DNA from: Cycas panzhihuaensis | Lineage: Eukaryota; Plantae; Cycadophyta | Length of the DNA: 64,000 bases | Direction of reading: 5' to 3' | Assembly (NCBI GenBank): GCA_023213395.1 | Contig: CM041465.1 | Span: 134,981,741-135,045,740 of the forward strand | Shown here: one piece after another, positions 52,440 through 64,000 of the stretch | Layout of the letters: each line of letters begins with the position of its first letter | Position numbering within the stretch: position 1 is the stretch's first letter | Translations under genes and position numbers: made by a program | The notes under the pieces: generated by a model | What the model was told of the DNA's origin: nothing | The model's database searches: none | What the model saw: only the letters and a program-made list of their open reading frames with translations

Positions 52440-55400
52440 TATTACACCTATTTTATCTCTAAATATTTAGAATTTATCTTTTCCAAGTGGTTTGATTAAT
52501 ATGTCTACCACCTATTCATCTGTAGGATAATATACAAGATGCACTTCTTTGTTCTGGACCTTTTCTCTAATAAAGTGATATTGAACCTTTATGTGTTTGG
52601 TTTAGGCATGAAATATAGGATTCTTTATGAGTTTGATGGTACTCTGATTATCATAGTGAAGTATGGTTGCTTCCTTTTAAGGCTCCATCAAATCATTCAA
52701 AAGTTGTCTAGGCCATACTGCTTTAGTGGTTACATTGATAGATGATTTGTACTCAATTTCTATGGATGATAATGCTATAGTGGCTTGTTTTTTACTACTT
52801 TAGGATATTGGTGAAGATCCTAGGAAGAAGCAATATCCACTAGTTGACTTCCTTTATTATTTATCACCTCCCTAGTCTAAATCATAAAACCCTATTAACT
52901 AAAGAGTTTTTCCTTTTGGTAATACTAGTTTGAACTCTGTTGTGCCTTTTAGATATCTCAAGACCCTTTTTGTAGTGTTTTAGTGTTTTGTTCTTGGGTC
53001 GTGCATGTATCTTAAAATTAAACTTATAGCATATGAGATGTCTAGTTTGGTTGTTGTGAGGTAGATGAGGCTACCAATGAGTTGCCTGTATAGGGTTGCA
53101 TTTATACATGGTTCCTTTTCATCTGAAATTAAGTTACAGTTCACTTTTATGGATGTAGAGCAAGGATTACATTCTTCTATATGAAATTTGGCTAATAAAT
53201 ATTCTATGTACTTGCTCTGGTAGAGAGAAATTGAATCATTTTGCTAATTAACTTAGATTCCTAAATAGCAATTAATGAGCCCCAGGTTTGTCATCCCAAA
53301 TTTACCTTCTAGTTGACACTTTTTATCTGATATTGATTCTTCATCATCACTAGTGAGAATCATATCATCAACATATATCACAATTATGGTGAGTACACCA
53401 TTCCTATTTTTTATAGATAGGCTTAAGTCTGCATTGCTCCTTTGGAAGCCATTGTTGTAGAGATGACTATTAAGTTTAGCATACCATGCATGAGGAGCCT
53501 ATTTCAATCCATATAGAGCCTTTTTTAACTTGCAAACAAGGTGATCTTGCCCTTCTTTGACATATCCCTCAAGTTAAGATATATAAACCTCTTCTTCTAA
53601 TTCTCCATTTAATAATGTATCTTTCACATCCAACTGGTATATGTTCCAATTTTTATATACTACTAGAGCTAAAACTATTCTAACCATGTTTAGTTTGGCC
53701 ACTGGAGAGAATGTTTCTTCATAATATACACCTTTTATTTGGGTGTAACCTTTTGCAACTAGCATGACTTTGTATTTTTCTATTTTCCCTTCAAGCCCCC
53801 TTTTGATTTTATAGACCCATTTGTAACTTACAACTGATTTGTTCGAAGGGAGTTCAACTAGTTCCCATATCTAATTTTTTATTATGGACTCTAAATCAAT
53901 GTCTATGGCTTTCCTCCATTTGAAATGTTCCTTTGCTTCAGTGAATGATTCTAGTTCTGCTTGATTGAATAGGGCTTTTGGCTTTTGGCTTCTCATTCTG
54001 TGAGGAAGGATTTCACTTTTTCCTTCCTCTATAGTTTTGAGGTACCATTTAGGAACCCTATTTTCCTTTTGGCCTTCTTTAGTCCTTGATTCTTCTAGAT
54101 AGACTTCTTCTTCTTAAGGAGTAGAGTCTAAAATAGACACTTTAGAGATTTCTTCTGTAGTTATACTTGATTCTTGCTTTGAAGGAGTATTAGGAATGAC
54201 TATCTGAGAAGTTTTCTCTATCATTAGAATTTGGCTTATGCTTTCTTCCTTATCTTCTTTATTAAAAACAACATCCCTACTTACATACACTTTGTTTATT
54301 TTCATATTTATGCACTTGTAGGCTTTGGAGTTTTTTATGTATCATACCATAATGTATTCTAGACTTTTTGACTCTAGCTTTATCCTTTTCTTGTCTAGTA
54401 TATGGATAAAGGCTTGGCTGCCAAATACCTTGAGGTGACTTATGTCTAGTTTCCTTCCTGTCCAGGCTTCCTTTGTAGTAAGATGGTCTACTACTTTGGT
54501 TGGGCTCCTATTCAATAGGTAACAGGTTGTGCTAATTGCTTTAGCCTAATATGTTTTTGGAATATTTTTGCTAATCAACATGTTGTGTTCCATTTCCATG
54601 ATAACTCCATTTTTTCTTTCTTCTACCTCATTTGATTAGGATGTATGTGGAGTTGTGAACTACCTTTATATCCCTTTAACTTTACAGTATTCCAAAAACT
54701 CTTTGGAAATGTATTTGCCTCCTCCATCAGATCTTAAGCATTTTATTTTAGAATTAGCCTCTAATTCAACTTCAACTTTGAATTCTTTAAACACATCAAA
54801 GACTTTTGATTTAGTATGCAAGAAATAGGTCCAAAATTTTCTAGTTAGGCCATCTATGAAGGTGAGGAAATATCTACATCCATTGATAGAGTATAGGATG
54901 AATGGGCCATATAAATCAGTATGAACTAATTCTAATTTCCTTTGTGCTCATCATTTGCTTTCATGGAATGGCAACCTATGTTGTTTTCCATATTGACAAC
55001 TTTTACATACAAAGTTACTTGATGAGATTAGAGGTAGGACAACTAATAGACCATTTATCTCCATGTTTTTTAATTTTTCCATTGGGAGATGACCATACTT
55101 CAAATGCCACATCTTATTATTATGACTTACTAGAATATAAGCTTTTACATCAGGTATAATTAGGTGTGATAGTAGCCTATATAGGTCATTACTTCCAACC
55201 CATTTTATAATTACATGGCCATTATTTTTCATGTCTAAGATGTAATAAAATCATTTCTTATCAAATATAATGCACAACCTCTTTTTCTTGAGTTGGGAAA
55301 TAGACATAAGTTTCATTTTTAAACTAGGTATAAAAACTACATTTCCAATTTTCTTGACCTTATCTTTTATTTGAATGGCAATGGTTCCAACTCCTTTGAT

Positions 55401-56484
55401 TTTAAGGGAGTATTTGTCTCTTAATTCCACAAATTTGTTAGAAGTATATGGCTGTAGGCTTTTAAACCATTCTTCTCAACTAGTTATATGGTGAGAGGCT
55501 CCTGAGTTAATATACCATACATCTTCATCCTAGAGGCTTACTATTAGGGCGATGATGAAAGTTGTTTCCTCTTCTTCATCATAATCATCATCAGATTGTT
55601 CCTTGCTATAGTCTAGATATCTTCTTACTTACATTGATATGGAAAATGTCATGATTGACCATAATGATAATACATATCAAATGCTTTACAGGAACTAGCA
55701 AAATGACTAGTCTTACTGCAACTGCACTAAATTCTTGGAGTAATACTATGACCTCACCCTCTTGAATCTTGCCAATGGCCTCGTGATAAAGCACAACCTT
55801 TAAAAGTTCTTCCTCTTCCTCTACTGCATCCTCTAAAACCTAGGTTCAATCTCAAGGTAAAGGCATCTCCTAGTTCACTTGCATTCTCATATCTCTTGTT
55901 TCTCTACTCCTATCTTAACAATAATCCTGTTAGAGTGTCCAATGTCATTGCTACTATTTGATCAATATTAGTGATGGTGTTTATCATTACATCGAATGAT
56001 TTAGGTATTTTACTGATCATAAGTTCCACTAATTCTTGATCAATGAGAGAAGCACCCACATTGGAGAGGTCATTCCTTAGTAAAATTATTTTATGCAAGA
56101 AGTCAGTAACTATTTCAGACTCCTTCATATGAAGTTTAAATAATTCTTCTTTTAGGGCTATTATCTTAGCCTTGTTCTTTTGTCCATATAAGTTTCCCAA
56201 ACACTTCTAAATGCTTTCAATGGAGTACAAGTTTTTAACATAGATAAGAAGAGAATCTAAAATAGATAATTTTTAGATAATAACCAATGTACTATCCTAA
56301 TCTTCCCAGCTAGTTTACTCAAGCCCAACATCCTTTGGTTTGGTTTTGGCTCTAATTGCAATTCTCCAAGTATTTTAGCTTTAAGGAGGGTCTCTATCTT
56401 AATTTTCCAAATGTGGTAATTAGTATTAGTAAGCTTGTCATTGTCAGATAGTTCTAGGATGGAGGAAGTTATTTCTAAGGACAT
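52440..56484 (-). pseudogene. copia gag-pol, decayed
   Basis: DKLTNTNYHIWKIKIETLLKAK; WHLKYGHL..CKSCQYGKQHRLPF; VYVSRDVVF; LVAKGYTQ..ETFSPVAKL..QLDVK; RNase H fragments near 52450-52900. Confidence 0.9.
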
Positions 56485-57081
56485 AAGAGTGTTTCTGGGA
56501 GCCCTAGGCCATATAACAGTATGGATTTTTATACGATACCCAAACTATATGGATATGGATGAGACCTATCTCAAAAGAAAGATCTTAGAGAGTAGATCAG
56601 AGATCTGAAATTTTTTTTTTAAGATAGCCTTTGATTTGAGAGAAATTTGGCCCAAAATCTTTAAATAGGCATCTAGATTTTCTCACAAATATGGAAATAT
56701 CTTTGTAAATCCTTAAAAAATTCTATTCACAAAAGCATTTAAATGATTTGTATGCTCTAAATAAATATTTTCAATCTAAGATTACCATGAGATTTACTTA
56801 GATCTAAGAAAAATCCTAAAAAACCTTTATAAACCTGTGTGGCTGGTAAATAGGTTAAAACCCCCTCAAAAGACCTCATATCACTTAGTGATAGAAGAGA
56901 AGTACGAAGAGGACATCGAGATCTATGATTTGAGTGAATTTCATTGAATTTTGAGAACTTAAATTTTTTAAGTCTATACGATCGTACAGTTCTATACAAT
57001 CACCTATGTACTTGCTTTATGCTCTAATCCTACTTGTTTGGTCTTCTTGCCTCCTTCTTTTATTTCTATAGATGTCTATAT

Positions 57082-58513
57082 TATTGGATTTAATCGTCAT
57101 TACTCCACTCCCACCTTCCAACTAGGATTATACACTTCATTAACCTCATTTTACACATGTGGGTGCCTTTTTTATTTCATCTTTGTTTAAAAAGATCATT
57201 CATTTTGCATTCACTTTCTAAGGCATTTTTCCATTTTTAAAGGTCATTAAATTTCTTTTGAAGAGGATATTTGACATCATATAAGACATTATTCATTTAT
57301 TGAGTATTTTTTTTACTTTAAAAAAACACATATTTTTATGTACTAAAGTTTTTTGATAAAATTGCACAATTTCCTATATTCAATAGACATAATTTTTTAT
57401 TATGGCACAAGACTATGTAAGAGTATTTTATTAAATATGATCTTCTGAAATATTTATAATATAAATGTGATCTAAGTATTAAAGAAAATTTTAGAAAGGA
57501 CAATGAAGCATTAGGTTTATTATTTTGCACTATAAATGATAATGTTTTTTCTAGAGTTTTTGAAGTAACAACTTCTAAATCAGTTTGGGATGTATTATTT
57601 TCTACTTATGGGGGAGATACCCTCCATGTATTTGATGATATTTTTGATGAACATGTGAGACAGGTGATAGAACAGATGAATCATAATAACAACACCCATG
57701 AAGATTCAGATCAAATGTAGGACCAACTTACTACATAAGTACCTGATCCTCCATTTAAGGGGGAGAATGAATCTTATGATATGATGGAGAATGAATCTTA
57801 TGACATGATGGGGAATGAATCTTATGATATGACATAAAAGATACCTAATGATATGACATTTAAAGTTAAATTTCTAGAAGTTAAAGTCAAAGTTGTAACT
57901 ATTCTTTTTTATACAAATCAAGCATCATTTACTTACAGATTTTTTATATTATTCCATGGTAAAGAGACATATGTGGCTACAAGTGAGAAGAGTTGATAAA
58001 GATCAAGATCAGAATTTCAAAGTTTTTTTCAAATACAAGTTCTATAAGTTCAAGGAGAAGATACAAGTGTTCATGATGACTATTAAGGGGGGGAATGTTA
58101 GAGTTAATCATCATCACTCCACTCCCACCTTCCAACTAGGATTGTACACCTCATCAACCTCATTTTACACATGTGGGTGCTTAACATGTATAGGTAAGTT
58201 AAGGTAAGATTTAATTTGATTTAAGTTAATTTGACTTAGTTTCATTTGAGTTAAGTTGGTATTATTTTATTATTAATTTAAATTTTAGGGGTTGAGGAGT
58301 TTCCCTCCTCCTCTAAAATTATAAATATTAAGGGGTGTGCAACCCTGGTGTCTTTAGATATCGCCCTCATTTAGGAAATCTGTAATGCTCACTTCTCACA
58401 ATAGATTAAATATAGAAGTTTCATATGTTTATGCTACAACAATGTATTAATGTATTGATCTATTGAAGATTATTCTATATTCTATCATGTTCTCTTGTAA
58501 TATTTTTCCTACA
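57082..58513 (+). mobile_element. Non-autonomous gag-only copia derivative (TR-GAG-like) nested in the leader of the minus-strand copia
   Basis: 57082-57166 repeats the start of the 3' LTR (58096-58513, TG...CA) preceded by PPT AAGGGGGGGAA; TSD TATAT/TATCT; gag fragment KENFRKDNEALGLLFCTINDNVFSRVFEVTTSKSVWDVL; no pol. Confidence 0.75.
57762..57833 (+). repeat. 24-bp tandem repeat x3 (reads ENESYDMM in the gag frame)
   Basis: GAGAATGAATCTTATGA(T/C)ATGATG repeated three times. Confidence 0.85.
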
Positions 58514-59099
58514 TATCTCCTTCTTTGCTCTAGCTTTATTTGAAGACCTTGTCTTTCACCTTCACAACTTGTCTGAGATTTCACTTATCTCTCTCACTTG
58601 ATCTTGTAGAGACCCTTTCTTAATTAGCCATAATAACCTACTCTAATACCATGTTAGAATGCTAGACAAAAGATAGATGAAGAATGCTTGATGATTATCA
58701 TTGAGAGCTCAAGTGAATACATATAATTAGGGTTTGTAACTGACTTATAACCAAAATATATCTAAAGGACACATGTCTATCAGTTATATACATTAAATTT
58801 CTAAGATAAAATATTACATTCTAACATTTAATGTATTTTAGGGATGAACATTCTATAGTTTCTCCTTCATTATTTGTATTTATCTATTGAACATCTCATA
58901 GACCATATTCATATAGGATAATTCTTGGGGGGCATAAAAATGAGAGGCAACAAAACTAGTAACTATATTAGTGAGATTTTCCTCTAAATGATTTTTTTTT
59001 TTTTGGAATTTCCATTTTATATACTAGTAGGATTTATTACTTCTAAAGTTATCCAAATAGTTTAGGAGACCATATACCTATTTATTAAGAGCCCAAGCT

Positions 59100-62000
59100 A
59101 TATAAGAAGAGTTGTAATGATCTCCTTGAGAAAGAAAATCAAGGAGATCTAATAGTAATCTTAGAATTGTTAAAGAAATAGAAGAATATTTTTTCATTTT
59201 TGATCAAGAATCCCTAGAGTTAAGACTTTTATCATAAATAATTAAAGACGAAATATCTCATAGGAATATCCTCTCTTGGATTTAAAATAATCCTTCAAAT
59301 TTATAGGTAGAGTAACATAATATACTTGACAAAGCCCTAAAGGCATGTCCAAAATTTAACAGAGATGAGATATTTACTATTGAATAACATATAGAGAATT
59401 TCTCTATTATATGCATGATGTTTCAAATCACTCAACTAGATATGGACATTAGGTTTTTTATGCATGCATTGACTAAGAATAATATGGCATGGCTTTATTC
59501 CTTACCCAATTCTAATATTAGAGTATAGAAAGATTTGATATAAGTATTTAGACCTAAGTATGGAAATAAAAAAAGTCTTCCCACAATAACAAGAGAATTG
59601 TTCAACATCAAGAAGGAAGCTAAGAAAAGTATTAGTAATTATGTTAAGAGGTTTAATAAAACTCTCAAATAACTTGAGGCCAAACACAACCCTACATAAC
59701 CTATCTTAATGGGATGGTTTCTAGATAGGCTTGACTCTAAAACTAGACTTATAGTAATCCTTAAGAAACTAGATGTTATTCAAGTAGCAAAAGCCATTTC
59801 TTATGATTTGGAAATAATTATGGATAGATGAGGAAGACCTCCCTTTTTTTTTCAAGAAAATCCTAGAAGAGAAAATCCTCCACCAACCTAACAAGTAAAA
59901 GGAAGTGCTCAAACCATGATTAGAAAGCTCAATAATAAAGTGCAATACTAGAAGAAGTAGGCCAAATGAAAGACCCTTAAAGCATTGCTATGTTAAGAAA
60001 ACCTAGGGAAGAGTTTACTAATGCTAGTTTGGAAGATGAATTTAATGTTCTAGCCATAGATGAATAAGACATGTAATTTAAGAGTTTACTAGGTTACTCA
60101 AGTGGTAGTAAGGAAGTATTAGAATCAAACTATGAAAGTTCTAGAGCTACTATGGCCTTTTTTGAAGATAATTTAGAATCAAGGATTCTTCCTAGTGACT
60201 TAGCAATCATGATTGGATCTTAGGTAAGCTAATGGAGAATAGAAGGATATTTTTATTACTCCTAAGAAACCAACAAATGTAGCCAAAGTAAATAGAGTTA
60301 ATTTTCTTATTAGAGCACCTCAAGTCCCAAGGGTAATTCTTATTAACAGAAATATAAAGGCCTTAGATTAAGAGAAAGAAAAATAATATGATATCTTAAA
60401 GAAGATGATGAAATATCCTATTGGGTTAAGTTTCTACCAGGTTATGGAATTATTTGAACATAACATACTTTAAATCAAGAGAGCCCCACCTAAATCCTTA
60501 TATCTAAGATAAATTCAACTTTGCTATTGTAATACCTTCAAGGTATAAAGATGCTCCTTTCTTTAAATATATATGATGATTTTATCTTAGACAATTATAT
60601 TGTAAATACTAGAGATTTACAAAATATAATGCCCTATGCTATGATGACTGATTTAGTCCTCAAAGGATCAAAACCTACCTAGTAAGTAATAATTTTAGAA
60701 TCTAGACCAATGGTAACTATTGGTAAAATTAAAGATCTTATTATTCATCCTATTGCTTATTCTAAAATATCAACACCTATCATAATGATGGTTGTTGATA
60801 TGACTCTTATATATGGCATGTTGCTTAGAAGAGAATGGGTATACATTATAAAAACTCTCCTTAATGTGAGAATCAGTAATATTGTATTCTTACTAAATAA
60901 ATACCTTATCATATTTCCAAGGAAGGAAAGGTACATAAACCATGTGGAAGGTAAAGGAGGCTCACCAATATGTCTAACTTTTGATCCAAGTGATTTGGGA
61001 ACATATATAGTCCTACCTTAAATTAATGCTTTGCCTACCATAAAAGAAGAAAACTATCAAATAGATTTACAAAGATAAGACTCAATTTAGGCGATATATT
61101 TTGATAGAGATAAATCCAAAATGAGAGCAAGAGCTAGTGTTATCTTGAAGTCCCTTGATGGTGAGATCTTCCCTTACTCTTTCAAGTTAGTATAAAGCCT
61201 TGATTTTGGGACTCCTTAAAGTTTTAGATTTATAAATTAAACTACTAAAGGTCAAAGTAGATTAAGAGCTTGTTATCAATCAAATAAAAAATATATATTC
61301 CACCAAATGTAATCAATTGAAAGGGTATAGATAAAGAGTTTGGAATATCCTAGAATAATTAGAAGTAACTATAATAGAACATATTCCTAGAGAAAGTAAC
61401 CAATTGGTTGATTCTTTAGTAGAAACTACTTCTTTACTTGATGTGACTAATGCCTCTATTAGCAAACAAGTATTACATAAAATTGTGACTCTGGCCTTTA
61501 TACCAGATAATGTTTATCATTAATAGGTTTTTGATGATGATGAGAAAATCTTGGCATTCATACAAACACATGAATATTTTTATGATATGATAACTACTAT
61601 TAAAGAGACACAAGTAGTTGGAGAAGTTGAAAGTATAGGCATAGATGAAGAATTGATCCAACTAAAAACAAATAAAATACTTAAGGGGATAATTTATTTA
61701 GAATTATTACTTAACTCTAATGATACAATAAAAGATGGAGTATCTTAGGAGAAACCTTGAAAAATAATAGTCTAAAAGAATATTCTAATTAAGTTGAATA
61801 TTCCTAAGGATCTAAAAATAATTTATATTGGTTTAGAATGCACTAAAGAAGAGAAGCAAAATTTTATTAAAATTTATACTAAATATAAGGATGCATTTTC
61901 CTAGACCTATGAGGATCTAAAAATCTTTGACCTTGAGATCATTCAACATACTATTCCTCTCAAATTAGGAGTAAGGCTTTAGATACAAGTAAAGGGTCAT

Positions 62001-63250
62001 CAACTCTAAAATTAAAAATATAATTTAGAATGAGCATTAGAAATATAGGAATATAGGAATTATTTTTCTAATTAAATTTCTAGTATGGGTAGCTAATTTG
62101 GGACCTATAAGGAAAATGAATGGGGAAATTTGATTCTATGTTGATTTTAAGAATCTAAATAAAGATTCTATAAAGAATAACTATCCATTGCTTAGAATGA
62201 AGTAGATTATTTATACTATCATTGGCCTAGAATTTATGTCTTTGCTAAATAGCTTTTTAGGTTATAATCAAATTATTGTAGATGAAGAGAATAGATATAA
62301 AACAACTTTCATTATAATATGGGAAACATTTGTGTAAAAAAAAAAAAAACCCTTTAGGTTGATTAATGTGGGTGCCACATTTTAAAAGGTCGTGGACCAT
62401 TTCAAGGGAGTGATCATAGTGATAATTTTCATATATCTAGATGATATGATTGTATTCGCCAAGAAGAGAACATTTTAGGTCGATGTAGACAATATGGAAT
62501 CTCATTCAATTCTAAGAAGGCAATACTCTGAGTTACTACTAGAAAACTTATAAGATACATAGTGATGAAAGATGGAATATACATTGATTTGGATACAATT
62601 AAAGTTATAAAAGAAATGCCCTTACCAACTAATAAGAAAATGGTCTGATCTTTCTTTAGAAAGATAAATTTCTTAAGGAGATTTATTTTTGATTTCATGA
62701 GGATAACTTTGCTTATCAATGGCCTGCTATATAAGGATGTTAATTTCAAATGGGAAAATGAGGCTAAGGAAGCCTTCTATCAGATTGAAGAGTAGATTGT
62801 TAAGTCTTCCACACTAATAAGTCTTGATTTTAAAAAGTAATTTTTTATATATTCATATACCCCAGAAGGTTCTTATGTTGTTATACTAGTTTAAAAGGGT
62901 AATGAGGATAAGAAAAGATTAGTTTCATTTATAAATAGGTCTTTAAAAGATTATTAGTTAAAGTATAGTACCATGGAGAAATAAGCATATTCTCTAGTTA
63001 AAGTAATTAAGGAATTCAAGCTTTATATTATTTATAATCATAATGTGGCCTATGTGGCACAATCCTTAGTTAAAACAGTATTGAATTAGGTTAAACTAAT
63101 GGGAAGATGGGCTAAATGGTTAGTTAAGATCTAAGAATTTGATCTAGATATAAAACTAACCAAGTTGGTAAAGGGATAAGATCTTTATAAGTTAATTTTA
63201 GAGAGTCAAGTAGATAAACTCTATGAGTTGGAGAGTGAAGTACACATCAC
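59100..63250 (+). mobile_element. Tat-clade Ty3/gypsy gag-pol remnant: gag, protease, aRH, RT, RNase H; truncated before integrase
   Basis: gag CPKFNRD...RFFMHAL..AWLYSLP (~59340-59550); protease ...GKIKDL...VVDM..YGMLLRREW (~60560-60840); aRH IYFDRDKSK...HIPRESNQLVDSL (~61090-61430); RT TYEDLKIFD..IQHTIPL, YVDFKNLNK, IYLDD; RNase H KYSTMEK*AYSLVK..GRWAKW. Confidence 0.85.
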
Positions 63251-63269
63251 AAAAAGGGGAAGACACATA

Positions 63270-64000
63270 ATAGAACACCACAATTAATTCATTGGGTGAA
63301 GTAAACTTGATGTAGGATGGAGGCAAACAAAATCCTTTTATGGGATACTAATGTATCATTTGGATGTTAGTGTTGGATCCAAAGACTAAAAGAGTTCATC
63401 AATTAATTGGGAACAATGTACAAGTGTGTGATGTGTCAAAAGAAAAAAAGAATAAATGAAAGAGGAAATTGATAAATAAATCAAAGCTAATTATTAACTC
63501 AAATAACTAATACGAGTATGTAGATGAGGTAGAGATGCATCAACTAAGCAAGTAAGCTAGAGTCTAACTAAGAAGAGTTTGAGATAAGACTAATCAAACT
63601 AATAACTAGCATTCTTAACCAAACAACACACAAGAAGGCCCTCATGATATGAGGGGGTAGATCGAGCATGAATACCCAACCTCCTATGTAATTACATGCC
63701 TATCTTAACCAATTAAACCCATCCATACAAATTGACTTAACCTAACCTAGATCCCTACATAACCCTAAAATGTCATACTTAATTTATAAGAGTATAGGAG
63801 GTCTACTTAGAATAATAGGTCTAAAGGAATTGAGACCATAGTATAGATATATTCATGGATAAGTTGGTGGGGACTTTTCTACCAATAATAGAGCTCATAC
63901 AAGTGTAAGACAACCTAGTAATATATGTGTTTAATTCTAATGAACCTTAATCTTCTAAGTAGTGAAGTAGACAAGGACACCACTCTTAATAGAACAAATA
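63270..64000 (-). mobile_element. Fragment related to the leader of the minus-strand gypsy at 28300-28900
   Basis: Shared blocks in the same order: TGAAGTAAACT, AATCAAAGC..AACTCAAAT.ACTAA, AGGGG(G)TA.ATCGAG, ACAAGTG. Weak overall identity. Confidence 0.45.

Larger units (their letters stand above)
52244..58826 (-). mobile_element. Full-length Ty1/copia element with short (175-bp) LTRs, decayed
   Basis: LTRs 52244-52418 and 58652-58826 (17 mismatches in 175 bp); TSD GTTAA/TTTAA; minus-strand PBS TGGTATTAGAG at 58641-58651. Confidence 0.92.

Overview
AT-rich eukaryotic, almost certainly land-plant, intergenic heterochromatin built of nested and decayed retrotransposons. I see no intact host gene. 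Left to right: (1) a tandem array of ~2.9-kb units (1-~8000) that parses as shared-LTR copies of a non-coding LTR element, followed by an isolated Tat-type RNase H remnant and a 47-bp array; (2) a full-length minus-strand L1-type LINE (9901-16238, 18-bp TSD) inserted into one arm of a ~1.65-kb inverted repeat; (3) an old full-length Ty1/copia (19997-26627); (4) the 5' part of a minus-strand Ty3/gypsy (gag); (5) a full-length CRM-like chromovirus (31585-38682); (6) a decayed DDRGK1/UFBP1 gene copy (~40050-40650); (7) a young full-length Ty1/copia (43066-51463, LTRs ~3% diverged) with a 3.5-kb leader holding a tRNA-like fold and a densely structured island before gag; (8) a minus-strand copia (52244-58826) carrying a nested gag-only derivative of the same family as (3) and (7); (9) a Tat-clade gypsy with an extra RNase H between protease and RT. 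Old elements show heavy C>T/G>A decay. All alignments, counts and folds were done by eye; no database searches were run.
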